From Ministeria vibrans ATCC 50519 (lineage: Eukaryota; Protista; Filasterea): a stretch of 64,000 nt of DNA. Position 1 is the first letter of the stretch; each line of letters begins with the position of its first letter. The DNA is taken from assembly GCA_943704425.1 (NCBI GenBank), contig CALSCP010000894.1:1-64000 (forward strand). The letters run 5' to 3'. This document shows, one piece after another, positions 1-11,915 of the stretch. The translations under genes were made by a program, and so were the position numbers. The notes below the pieces were generated by a model. That model searched no databases, was not told the origin of the DNA, and saw only the letters and a list, made by a program, of their open reading frames with translations.

Positions 1-34
<34 letters not shown>

Positions 35-165
35 AGTGATAGAGAGAGAGAAACAAAGTGATAGAGAGAGAGAAACAAAGTGATAGAGAGAGAGAAACAA
101 AGTGATAGAGAGAGAGAAGCAAAGTGATAGAGAGAGAGAAACAAAGTGAAACAAAAAAGTGATAA
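1..165. repeat. (AG)n microsatellite grading into a ~20-24-bp minisatellite (aaacaaagtgatagagagagag), inside an intron of the adhesion GPCR gene
   Basis: AG run followed by 5-6 tandem imperfect copies of aaacaaagtgatagagag, read directly. Confidence 0.9.
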
Positions 166-182
166 GAAAATAACACACGCAC

Positions 183-3100
183 CTCATGACATAAGCAAAG
201 CAGATGACTATTCCCTGGAGCGCGTTGAAAATGATGAAAAAGTACCATGGCCACGTCTGACCACTAGCAACAGCAATGTACGCAAAGATCCACGCAAGAC
301 TGATGATGCGCACAGGGACGAAAACCGAAAAAAGAAGACAAAAATGAGTTGCTTGTCGTGGTGCAAAGTGTGCGCTGTTACCCGAGTGAGAAGAAGAGAA
401 TAAACATTGTGGAGAGCAATCGCTTAAGATGACCTTCTCGGTCCGCACTCAATTCGACTCGCTTTTTGCGCGCCACATTTAGCGAGTGCACAGCCGCAAT
501 AAAAATGAAGAGATTAATTGTCACAATAATACCCACAGGAATCGCAAATGCCCCAATGAGTCCCCATCGAGAACCAATCCAACAGCGACGACTAAACAAA
601 ATAGACCAGGCACATGCATTAATATCAATAGAGTTTATTATTATTATTTTGGGACTTACGAGTCGCCCCACTCAATCGCATAGGGAGTCGTAACGTAGTT
701 GATAATAATGAGCAGAACCGTGATGGACACAGACACGATCCAACAGACAAGCCAGAGTTTGTTGTGACGGGAGCCAGTCATATCCACAACAACCAACTAC
801 AAAACATGACACATGTATTGGAGTTCTGTCAATTCACACCTCTCCTATATTCTACTAAAGAACAATAGTAAAAGTATAATCATACCTGTTTGTACAGATT
901 GTACGATACTGCCAGCATCAGAAAAAAGGCAGTGAGAAGGAACAGATAAAGCAGAATAGCAACAACGGCACAGCCAGCAGAGCTTCCAGTGCGATCAATT
1001 CCAATCATAAAAATCTAGAAAAAAAACAGTAGAAAGAGAGAAGAAGAGATATAAAAACAAAGTGGAAGAACCGAAAAAAAAAAACAAAGAGCAACAGACT
1101 CGGTTCAATTTTAATCTCTTCTTCTTTATCTTGGCATAGCTCTAAATCACACTTACCAAATTCGATGCGATGAGACACACTGCAAGGTGCATTGTGAGGA
1201 GAGCAGGGGTCGTGACGAGTTTGCTGAGCAATATGTAGACAGTGAGGAAGATTATACAGCCGATGATGGAGAGAGTTGCACCCACATAGGAGAGAACCGT
1301 GAGCGCCGTGTTGTCGACAGCCGTATTGGCAACGTCAAGGAGCACAGCAAAACTGGTAAAGTGATTGCACTCGCAAATTGTAGAGGTGGCCGTCGACGAA
1401 ACGGTGCGGCATCCGTCGGTGCTCCAGTAGCTGTTGATGACGTCCCAGTAGTAGCACTGGCGCGCCGCCGACACACTGGACAGATGGGTGAGAGTGAAGG
1501 TGATCGACGACGAGTTGTCCAGGTCGGTGACGGTGACATTCTCAAGCTCAATGGAAAACACTGACGAGTCGACGTTGTTCGTCTGATTTTCAATGTTGCT
1601 CGAGAAGACATTCGCATCAAATGTCAAAATGGCCGCAGGAATACAGCTCGTTGCATTGACCAGGGCCGCAATGGACGAGCCAAAGCCCGTGGGAAACGAC
1701 ACGCCCACTCCAAAGGGAAATTGCGCTGAGCCATTCAGTACACTTCCCACGTTGCCAGGCGCCACCGAAAGCGATCGGACGTAGAGTGCGTCATAGAGAG
1801 TGCTCGTGTCAAACCCACATGGTTGATCCCTTTGCGCCGTAAACGCCAACTTACTCGAACTGTCGACGAGCGTATTCGATTGCTTCTCAAGACGCAACTG
1901 CTGAAGCGATAGGGGCGACAGCAAATTGTTGATCGATAAAAGCGTTTCGTTGATGGTGGTCTTTGTCAGGTTCCGCACTTTGGCCACATCCGCGATCGTC
2001 TGTGTAATCACCTTGCCTGCGTTCGCCTTGTCGTTGACATTGAGCCAACTATTGCCAGTCGTCACCTATTTGAAACGGAAAAAAATGGGAGAAAAATGTG
2101 AAAATTTCTCTAATCATAATAATATAAACAATTAATCATAATAATGTCGCGATACCTCTACGAGTTTGGTGGCGGACTGTTCGGCGGCCGCTGTGGTGTT
2201 TGGAGGATTGTCTTGAAGATTGACGATGGTACAGACGGCTGCGGTTGGGGCAGCATTGCCAGAGAAGATGGTTGTGCCGGCGGTGATGCTGGCCCAGTCA
2301 ACACTAACGCCGGCGCACAGCTGGGTGTTGTTCGTGACGGTACTGTCGCCGGTGACGGAAGTGAGCGACACACTTAGCGAAGAGAAGCGTCGTAATTGAT
2401 TGTTGGACTGAATGATGACATTTCCATCGATTGTGGTGAGTGCCGGAAAAGCGGAGGACTCGGTCAGTGCGTCACACTGACGAATGGTAAGAGTCCCGCG
2501 GAGTGTCGTCAGCGCGCTAAATGTCATCGTTTCCAGCAGTGCATTGTTCTCAAAGGTAAGGTCACCATAGAGCACCTGCAGTGACGTAAACACGCCGGCA
2601 GACGTGACAAGCCCGGCACAGTCACTGACGGTGAGGCTCACGTTCAATAAGGTGGTCACGGACGGGAAAATTTGAAGTGCAGTGAGACCGGGGCTGTTGG
2701 TGACTGTAATGGTGCCCGAGTGCGCCGAACTGCCGCTCAAGACAAACCCCACAAATTCGACTAGGGGATTGTTGGACACAATGGCGGTCGCGAGAACCCG
2801 ACGCACAGTGCACGCGACCTCGGTCAACGCCGCATTGTTGGTGACAATTAGTGTTTCAATGATGTCAGAGGAGGAGATGGGACAGGTAAATTCACCGGAG
2901 AAAACAGTCAGTCGCGGATTGTTGTCAACCATGAGGTATGTTCCGAAATGCGTGAGTTGCAGCAGCGTAGTGAGCTCGTCATTGTACTCAAAGAGTGCAA
3001 CGCCCGTCACGACCACAGCGGGCATCGTCACGAGTGCGTTGTTGTAGCCGCAGGTGAACCGTTTTACCCATGGACCCACACCAACGGTGGTAAAATTGAC

Positions 3101-5683
3101 GAGGACATCGTTGTTCGTAACGGAGAAGTTCAGGGCACCTCCAAATTTCGCTTGGAAGCCGGTGAGCACCGGATTGGAGGAGATTGTGACAATGGCGCTG
3201 GTGCTGTCGGTCTGAATCAGACTAAATGAGGGCATGGTCTGCAGTGCACTGTTGCCCTGAATGGTGACTGCACCGGACACCTGAAATGATGTGGTGCTGC
3301 CCGTGTCAAACGACGTGAGTGCTGTTGTCGACGCAATGGCAAAAGACCCTGTGATGTTAGTGAGCGAAGCGAGTGCCGTCACCGACGAAACAGAGCCGCT
3401 GAGCACAACATCGCCATAGAGAATGGTACAGCCCGAAACCACCTCGAGGTCTGCCTGTGTCGAAATGGTGGACGACACGAGGCAGTTGCGCTCACATTGC
3501 GTGCCCTCAAAGTTCTCGGGGCACGTGCACGAGAAAGCGAATGCGCCCTCACTATCGTCCTCACACGTGCCGCCATTCAAGCACGGGTTCGAGTCGCAGG
3601 CAAACACCTCGATGCCACAGCTGTGACCCTCCCAACCTTCAGGACAGGTACACAGCGCCGAGCCAATTCCGTCGACGCACGTTGCGCCATTGGCACACAA
3701 GTTGGGATTGGAGCATTCGTTGACGGACGACAAGCAGGTGTCGCCGTCCAGGCCCAGGGGACACTCACAAAAGAATGAAGTGGGGTTGAGTGGATCAACA
3801 ATGCACACATCAAGGGAGTTAGTGCAAGGGTTGCTTGCGCACGGATTGGACGTGAGAGGATCGACAAAGGCCGAGAACTGTGTCAGATGGGTGACATAGG
3901 CAACGCTCGCGCTGAGTGCCGGGTAGTAGTAGGAGAGTTCGCGAGTCCAGTCGTTGCCGTTGGATGACGAGAAAATAATGCAGTTGTCAGCGTTGGGGCC
4001 GACCAGAGCTGCCTCGGCCGCTATAGTCATGATCGCCTCGCGGCTAAAAGTCGTTGAGGGGCTGAGTGAGAAGACGTACGACGAGCAAAAGGTCATGTTG
4101 GTTGGGGTCACGTCAGGGTGACTATTGTCCATTTTCACGACAAGAAGACGTTCACTGAGGTAGGTGTTGGTAGAGCCAGACGGGATACGAAAGTAGAGTG
4201 GAGGGCTGACGGCGACCTGAATGTTATGATCGTTGGAGACCAAGTTGTTGTAGAGGATAAAGTTCTCGCAGGTACTACCAGTGAATCCGCTGGGACAGAT
4301 GCAGTAAAGGGTCGCCGGTATGGCTGTGATGTTGCCGGCACACGTTCCGCCGTTCTGACAGGTGTTAAGGGGACACACAATGTCGTTCTCGATGATGGCC
4401 GAGATGGAGAAGGAGCCGCTCTGTTGCCACGCGGTGTAAAGGGTATCACGCAGGGTCGCAGCCATCGTCACGGAGGGAAGATTGATCGTGACGGAGCCGC
4501 CAATGTATTGCATTTGAGAGAAGCCTTCAAATTGGGTGAGGGCAGATAGAAAGCCGATGAAGATGGAGCCGGTGACAGTGGTGAGCGAGGAAAAAGGTGC
4601 GAGACTGGGCGCACTTGTGTCGCTCAGTTCGAGTGTACCATTGACCACCCGGAGGCGTTCAAGACCGCCGTACGAGTCAAAGATACCGGCGGAAAGCTCC
4701 AGATCGCCGCCCTGGATCTCAACCGCATTGCCAAGCCAGGACATGTTGTACTGGGAGTTGAACGATTCGACTTCGTTGACGACAACCCCATCGAAAATGA
4801 TGGTGCAGTCGCCATAGCGATTGAGAAGGAAGTCATAGCTGTCCGAGGGAAAGCTATCTCGATTAAAGAAGCACGTCTTCGAGCAGGTGTCGCCAAAGAA
4901 GTTCTCGGCACAGGCGCATGAGAAGGAATTGATGCCGAGGTCGGTGCACGTAGCGCCGTTCTCACAGGGCGACGGTACCTCGACGCACTCGTCCATCTCC
5001 GACTCGCACTGATCGCCTGTCAGACCGGTGATGCAAGTGCACGTGAATCCGCCCGTTTCGGGATGATCGGTGCATGTGCCGCCCATCAGGCACGGTGATG
5101 ACTCGCAAAACAGCGACGTCTCGCAAACGCTGCCCGTGTAGCCAAATGGGCAAATGCAATCACCCGTGTTCCGCTCGCACGTACTGCCAAACTGGCATGG
5201 ATTCGAGTCGCAGTAGTTTTCGTTGCACAAGGTGCCAAAGTAAAAATCTTTGCATGTACAGGCGCCGTTGATTCCCTCGGTGCAACTGAGAGAGAAGAAG
5301 AAGAAGAAGAAGATGCACAACGTTTTAGAAAAAGTTGAAAGTTTGTTGTGCGTTACCCGGTGGAGCCTTCGGCGTCACAAAGGCTACAATTGGTACAAGA
5401 GGCTCCAAAGAAGCCGCTGGCGCATTCTGAGCAACTACAAAACACAAAATAGAGGAGTGGAGTTGGATAAGAAAGAGACGACGACGCCGAGATCGTACAC
5501 TTCGCCATCGAAATTTGGGCTACAACTACAGCCAACGGAAGTGTCGCAGCCAGCGTTGTTTTGGCATGGAGAAGAGTCGCAATAAGACTCCGAACAGAAT
5601 TCGCCGGTGAAAAAGGGGTTGCAGACGCACTCACCAGCGACCCCTTCAGTGCAGCTACATAAGATGAGGTGAGCAAGTTCGCG

Positions 5684-5725
<42 letters not shown>

Positions 5726-6398
5726 ATGAGTACCTCGACGAACCGCTGCTGTCACAATTGTCGCAGCTCTCGCAGGTAGCTCCAAAGCGGCCACTCTGGC
5801 ATTCAGTGCAGCTGAAACACAGTGAGACAGAGAGAAAGAGGGCAGAAAAGTTCGCATGAGCGTTTTTGGGTTTGTGTGAAAAAAGTCATTCAGACGACGA
5901 AAAGCAACGATTGAAGGGGCCATGGTCGACAGTTTGACAAACAACAGAGGATACGGGTGCCAGAGGGCCAGATAGAAGTCGGAATTCATTTGTTGTGTCT
6001 TTTTCAAAAAGGCTTGTTCGCCATTTCGCTAAATTCGGCACTGCATATGCAAACGCGTCGCATTGCGAGAGCAGGACACTCTGCGAGGAAACGCGATCGG
6101 GAAAACGCACTTGAAAGGGATATCCCGAAGGGTAGATGGCGTGCGGTGGACGCAGCGACGACGGATGTGTCGTGAAAAGAGACATTTTCGTTGCGACAAA
6201 AGTGTTTAATGACACAACTTTTTTTTTTGTTTTAGCAAGAGAGAACACAGAGAAGACATACGCGGGGGCCTCAAAGCCAAAGTCGGAGCAGACACACTCT
6301 ACATCGTTGCAGAAGGTGCCGGAGGGACAGGTGCCACAGGTGGCGGCTGCAGGAGCGACGGACAGCGCCAGGACGAGCAGAAGCACACCCACGTGCAT
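183..6398 (-). CDS. Adhesion GPCR (secretin-like 7TM) with EGF repeats, two receptor-L-like solenoids, ZU5-like domain and GAIN/GPS; 3' end lies left of the window
   Basis: Manual model with GT-AG, phase-consistent exons: 6398-6262, 5811-5734, 5654-5499, 5434-5357, 5285-2156, 2065-1157, 1014-886, 796-660, 591-382, 299-183. Signal peptide MHVGVLLLVLALSVAPAAA. GPS motif CYYWD..WSTDGC..CECNHFTSFAVL. TM1 LSYVGATLSIIGC, ECL2 CW, TM5 AFAIPVGIIVTIN, TM6 LGLAW and TM7 FNALQG are adhesion-GPCR hallmarks. Confidence 0.9.
5689..5722. repeat. (CT)n microsatellite in an adhesion GPCR intron
   Basis: About 17 CT units, read directly. Confidence 0.9.
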
Positions 6399-6423
6399 TG
6401 GAAGGGTTGCGGGGGGTCTTGGG

Positions 6424-6495
6424 GAGAAGGGAACGCTTTGTGAGTTGGCCGGAGTGATACGCAAGCGAGACACAACCGCTCGCCACACTTGGCGC
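6424..6495 (-). repeat. 72-bp exact inverted copy of ATM coding sequence 55661-55732, abutting an assembly gap
   Basis: The reverse complement of 6424-6495 (gcgccaagtgtggcgagcgg...gcgttcccttctc) equals 55661-55732. Confidence 0.9.
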
Positions 6496-6505
6496 NNNNN
6501 NNNNN
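6496..6505. other. Assembly gap (10 N) next to a poly-G tract
   Basis: N run. Confidence 0.99.
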
Positions 6506-6946
6506 GGGGGGGAGGGGGGGGAGCGCTACGGTCACAGCGTTGCCAAGAGAAAAGGATGGAAGAAAATTGAATTATTGAAAATTGTTGATCTGGAAAGTAT
6601 GAAACGTCAGAAATTTTTGATTGTTTTGTGACTTTGTGACAGACAATTGTGTTCCTCCATGATCGGTGACGGTGAGTGATGGAACTGATGATCCAGTTTA
6701 TGTGTGCAGTCACTGCAGTGTGATGTGACATGTGTTGTCGCTTTATGTTTGTCATTTGGTGAATTGTGATTGAAAGGAATCATGAATATGATCATAACAG
6801 ATCATAATAAATGAAGAAAGGAAGAATCATACAAAATACAAGTGATATACAAACCATTTATTAATGATGCAGTCATTCAGTCACCTCGCAAAGACACAGT
6901 CAGACCGCCTTGCAAACTCAACCAAAACTGCCATACCACCAGTGGG

Positions 6947-6947
<1 letters not shown>

Positions 6948-6988
<41 letters not shown>

Positions 6989-6992
6989 CAAC

Positions 6993-7029
<37 letters not shown>

Positions 7030-7059
7030 TTAATTATTAATAATATAATATTATTATTA

Positions 7060-7104
<45 letters not shown>

Positions 7105-7130
7105 GTTGTTGTTGTTATTGTTGTTATTTT
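6948..7130. repeat. (AAT)n/(ATT)n AT-rich inverted microsatellite
   Basis: About 80 bp of AAT (with AAC interruptions) followed by ATT and then GTT repeats. It generates the spurious poly-Ile ORF 6910..7143. Confidence 0.9.
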
Positions 7131-7272
7131 TGTTTGGCATTGATCATGAGTACAGCTCTCTATTCTCTATAATTAGTTTATTCCTTGATAAGAGTGAAAC
7201 CAATAGAAACTACTATGTTGCATTTGAGTACTATGGCTAATGTTCATGATTTTCCACGTAACAAGTAAGGGT

Positions 7273-10200
7273 TTATTTCCATGCAAGGTTAAAGGCGCCC
7301 GCTGTGATTACACCAGCTTTGTTGACTCCCGTTGTGTTCATTGAGGAACACTGCGCGCTGGTAAAGTTGGCGTTGGAAATATCGGCGTTTGAAAAGTTGA
7401 CGCCTGTCAGGTTGGCATTGGTAAAGTTGGCAGAGGACAGATTAGCGCCTGAAAAATTCGCGCCAGTGAGATCCATTCCACTGAAGTCACAACCCGAAAA
7501 GTTCTGATGGATCAGGACCGTCGAGCGGAGAAACTGGGCACGAAGAATAGAGCTGGTCGTCAGAGAGGCATTGGTGAAGTTGACGCCCGTCAGATTGGCA
7601 CCGTCCACTTCAGTCGTCCTGAGATTGCATCCAGTCAGGTTCGCCAAGGAGAGGTCCTTGCCGGTGAAATCACCTCCGCACAAGTTCACGTTGGTAATGA
7701 TGATACCAGCAAGGGTCCTCGCAGACGACAAAATACATCCAGAGGGAAGGGAATTGCTGAAGTTGGCGCGCGTGAGATTGGCATCGGTAAAGTTTGTGTC
7801 CGCCAACACAGTGGAAGTGGACATGAAACGCGCGTCAGTAAGGTTTGCTCCGCTAAAGTTCGTTCCAGTCAGGTTGGCGGCTTGAAAATCAAATCCTGCC
7901 AAGGAGAGACCACTCAGGTCGGCACCTGTCAGGTTAGCACTTTTGAACAAAGCGCCATCCACGGTACAACCACGCAGCACAGCTCCCGTCAAGTTGGCAC
8001 CCGAGAAGTTCTTGCCACTCAAATCCCGTCCTGAGAGATCCGCACCGGCGAAATTCAAGTACTGGAATGACTTGGCTTGCAGAAGAGTGTCAAGAGGGAT
8101 GGACTTGACGTCAACAATAGCCCTGTCCAGCGTGGCGTTCTTAAAGCAAGCACCAGAGAAGACTGCCCCAGTCAGCCTCGCACTCGAAAGATTCTTCTCC
8201 GTAAAATCACAGTTAGAGAGATCGTGTCGCGTCAGAATGACTGAGGACATGTTGCCATCGCATTGCAACACCAGCGCACGCGTGTCCAGCTTGGCACCAG
8301 TGAAGTCGGCTGAATTCACACGCGAACCGCTAAAGTTGGCGCCCATCAGTTGTGCAGCAGAGAGATCGGCAGAAGTCAACAAGGCATTCGAAAGATTGGT
8401 GTTGGTCAAATCTGCACCGTTGAGCTTCGCCGACTGCAAATTGGTACCGACCAATTTGGCATCGGACAGGACCATGTTCACCAGGATAGCATTTTGAAAG
8501 TTCTTTCCGCTTGCATCAAAGCCAGGCAGCTCGTGCGCTGTGAGGTTAACATTCGTTAGAGAAGTTGCCAGCATCAACGATTGCACATCAACCGTTGCGC
8601 CGGTCAGATTCACTTGAGCCAGTTTTGCACCCTTAAAATCCACTCCGGTCAAATTGGAGTTTGTCAAGTTCACAATCGATAGATTCTTCGATGCAAAGCT
8701 CTGTCCAGAGAAGTCTTGATTGGACAAGTCCAAGTTGGAAAGGCTGGCAGCAAGCACGAGGGATGAAGCAGGCATGTTGCGCGCTTTTCGCCAATTAAAA
8801 CCGTCGATATATGCGCCAGTAAAGTTGACACCTGTTACATCCGCGTTTGAGAAAGTTGTCTGCTGGATACGCGCGCCAGAGAAATTCGCGTTGATGAGTG
8901 TCGAGTTATTAAAGACAGCGGAAAACAGCACCGCGTTGGTGAAGTTGGCGGAGTCCAGGGCAGAACCGGTGAAATTGACATTTTGGAGATCTCGGCACCG
9001 AAAGTCGGCCTTCTTCAGGTCAAGGCGGCTCAGGTTGATGCCTCGAAGCGTGGTCGCTTTTAGAATGGCCTGGATCGACACGGTGGCGCCCTCGAATTTG
9101 GTCTTGTTCAGACAACAGTTGTCAAATTTGGCATTGGACAAATCACATTCCGTCAAAATCACGCCTGACAAGTCCTTGCCAGAAAAATCGACTCCCTTGA
9201 GAATGTGTTTCGTAAGATTGACATTCATCAGAGAAGCGGCTGACATAAGAGCGGTAATGGCAACCGTTGCACCCACAAAGCTGGAATTGTTGAGAATTGC
9301 ATTGGTAAAGTTGACGTTAGTGAGATCGCAATGATCGAACGACACGCCAACCATGTTGCGTCCCGAAAAGTCAGCACCAACAAGCCTCAGACCAGACAGG
9401 ATGGGCTGTTTCAGCGACGACGCAGCAATAAGAGACTGGAAGGTGACATTGGTGTCGTGGAAGCTTGTGCCGTCCACTTTGGCTCCGGAAAAGTTCACAC
9501 CCTGAAGATCAGCGCCGTCGAAGCGCACCTTGGAAAGATCTTTGTTGCTAAAGTCGCAATCACGCAGGTTCTGCTGTTGCAACTTCGCACCAGCAAGGGT
9601 GGAAAAGGAACTGAGAGATGGAGCAGTCAGCGTGGAGCGCTGGAAATCAACGTCGGTGCCAATCGCATCTGTCCAAGTGGCGCGGCAAAGCTGGGCGTCG
9701 CAGAGCAAGGCAGATGTGATGTTGGCGCGCGTAAAATTCGCATCGGACGCATCGACTGACCTCAATTTGGTGCCTTTGAGGATTGCGTCGGTGAAATCAA
9801 TAAACGGTGCAATGGCAGACGACAAATCGGCTGCAGAGAAGTCTGCGTTCTTAGCAAGCACATGGCTGAGAATGGCTCCGTTGAAATTGGCTTGCGACGC
9901 GTTGACCAGAAGAAGGGTGGCACGATTCAGATTTGCTCGAGAAACACTGGCCCGCACAAGAATTGCATGTTCGAGATTGGCACCGGTGAGCACAGCATCG
10001 TCCAGAATGCTTCCAAGAAAGCTGGCGCTGACGGCCTTGACAGCCTTCATGGAGCAGCCACGCATCTTGGCGTTGGTTAAATTGGCTTCTGATAGATTGG
10101 CTCCGTCTAGATACGCCCCTTCCAGAATGGAGTCGCGCAGGTCAGCTCCTTGAAGGTTGGCGCGCGACAGGTCCCCGCCAGTAAAATTGGCGCCAGCTAA

Positions 10201-11408
10201 GCAAACGCCAGAAAGCTGAGCACCAACAAGCGAGTAGCCGCGAAAGTCGAATCCACGTCCACTCTGTGGAGCATTAGCAAGTCGCTTCATCAGTTCCATT
10301 TGTTCCTTATCGGAGCGCACTGGCACTCCTGATTGGTCAGTTGCGGATGGAGCGTCAAGAGCCCAGTTTTTTTCAATGGAAGAGACAAGATCGCAAAGTC
10401 CTAGTTTACGAGCAAGGTGGAGGACATCATCGAGCGTTGCGCGCTTGAAGTGAAGAGCCTCAGCAGTCGGGGTGACACAAGAGTGAAACCACTGAAGAAT
10501 GACTTCCAAGGCATTACTGTCGCATTGGATGAAGACCTCGTTAAGCACAGGATGGGCTTGAGAGGCATCGTTGATGATGTCACTGAGAACTGAGTACGGA
10601 TAGCGTGTGAGTGTCGCACGCGCAGCTCGAAACGTGCGCCCAGTAGGAGTGTTGATTGTGATAACGTCGCTTGGTTGCGGATTGAGCGCCTTGCACTGGT
10701 CTGCCCGCTCACTTGCGCGTTTCTGATACTCCGCTTCTTCACGAGCGCGTTTCTCTTCGTCGTCAAGTCGCTGCTTTTCGGCAGTCTTCCGTGCGAGCTC
10801 TTCAAGACGTGCCGGACAAGACGCCAGATGTTGAGCAATAGAATCGCGTCGCCACACGGTGGTGTCATTGCAAGCAGTGTAACCACAGGTCATGGGCGTT
10901 GCCGGGCACACGTCTCGTGAGTGTGCAACGCAGGCGTCAAAGGTCCCCTTCCACTCGCAGCCGGTGTGGACACAACAAAAATGCGCGCAGGCGGTCCGGT
11001 GGTCTTCCAGTAGCTGTTGGCGCGATCCTATCCATTGGCAACCATGCTCTTCGTTGATGCAGCGGACGCGACACTGGTCGAGAACAGAAGCGACGACTGC
11101 AGGCGCCACTTTCGTGCTCTCAAGCGAACAGGCCGTGTCTGCGCCGGCACACTTGAACGTGTGCTCTGACAGACACTGACGGCACAACAGAGTCTCGTGT
11201 TGGCACAGTCGAGGCTCAAACGCGACCCTCTCGCAGATTTTGCAGCGAAGTTCCGATGTGGGCGGCGTCTCGTACACAAAGGCTGTTGGGGAGAGAGGAG
11301 ACAAGCAGACGAGAGGAGGTGAGAGGAGAGAGCCAAGAGAGAAGAAAGGATCGTACAAGTCGATTTCAACTTCAAGGCTTCTAAAGAAGCCTCACGAGTG
11401 CTCGGCAT
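7273..11408 (-). CDS. RING-like + TRAF/SINA-type zinc fingers + coiled coil + BTB/POZ (T1/KCTD-type) + ~1000-aa pentapeptide-repeat protein (~1353 aa)
   Basis: Exons 11408-11357 (MPSTREASLEALKLKST, donor gtacga) and 11282-7273 (acceptor aacag), phase 1 match. RING-like CKIC..CQH..CRQC..C. TRAF-like fingers CINEEHGCQW..H..C. BTB-like VITINT..TFRAARATLTRYPYSVL..VFIQCD. A(D/N)LXX-type repeats run to the C-terminus. Confidence 0.85.
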
Positions 11409-11746
11409 TGCTCAAAGACGAATGCAGGTGTGTGATGGGATATATAGAGTAAAGAGAGAGAAGAGGAAAAAAAAAGTGATTAAATTTCATTTCTGATTTA
11501 CGTCTTTTACTTGAAAAATTGTGTGTCGAAAAGTCATTCATTCGTCAACAATAATAATTATTATATATAAAAATGGCGATAAGGGCGAAGATAATTTTCG
11601 ATTTGTACGTCCTCTTATCGAGACCACTCTACCGGCCGATCCATAAGAAAAGATAGACTATAAGACTAACCAACTAAACAAAAGATGTGTACTCTTTCCT
11701 TCACTCTCTCTCTCTCCTCTCTCTCAGTTTGTTGTCCCTCTCACAA

Positions 11747-11880
11747 TCACTCAATGTTGCTCAAAATAGTGTAAAAATGCAACGTGTGGCGCAGCTCTAG
11801 CTCATCCGGGAAGTACTTGACGTACCAGTCGAGCGACTCGAGGTCGACGGATGCGGCATAGCCGAGATACTCTTTCAGAT

Positions 11881-11915
<35 letters not shown>

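Noticed and set aside
1-165. Repeat array resembling CRISPR or a telomere
   Set aside because: There are no unique spacers or cas genes; it is an AG-derived intronic minisatellite.
5886-6755. 289-aa ORF spanning the gap
   Set aside because: It is a chimera of upstream sequence, Ns, the ATM-derived 72-mer, GPCR exon 1 and intron read-through.
6910-7143. Poly-Ile 77-aa ORF as a membrane peptide
   Set aside because: It is a translation of the AAT/ATT microsatellite with a non-ATG start.
7273-11408. KCTD9 ortholog or Qnr quinolone-resistance gene
   Set aside because: It has extra RING/TRAF fingers and about 1000 aa of repeats; only domain types are shared.
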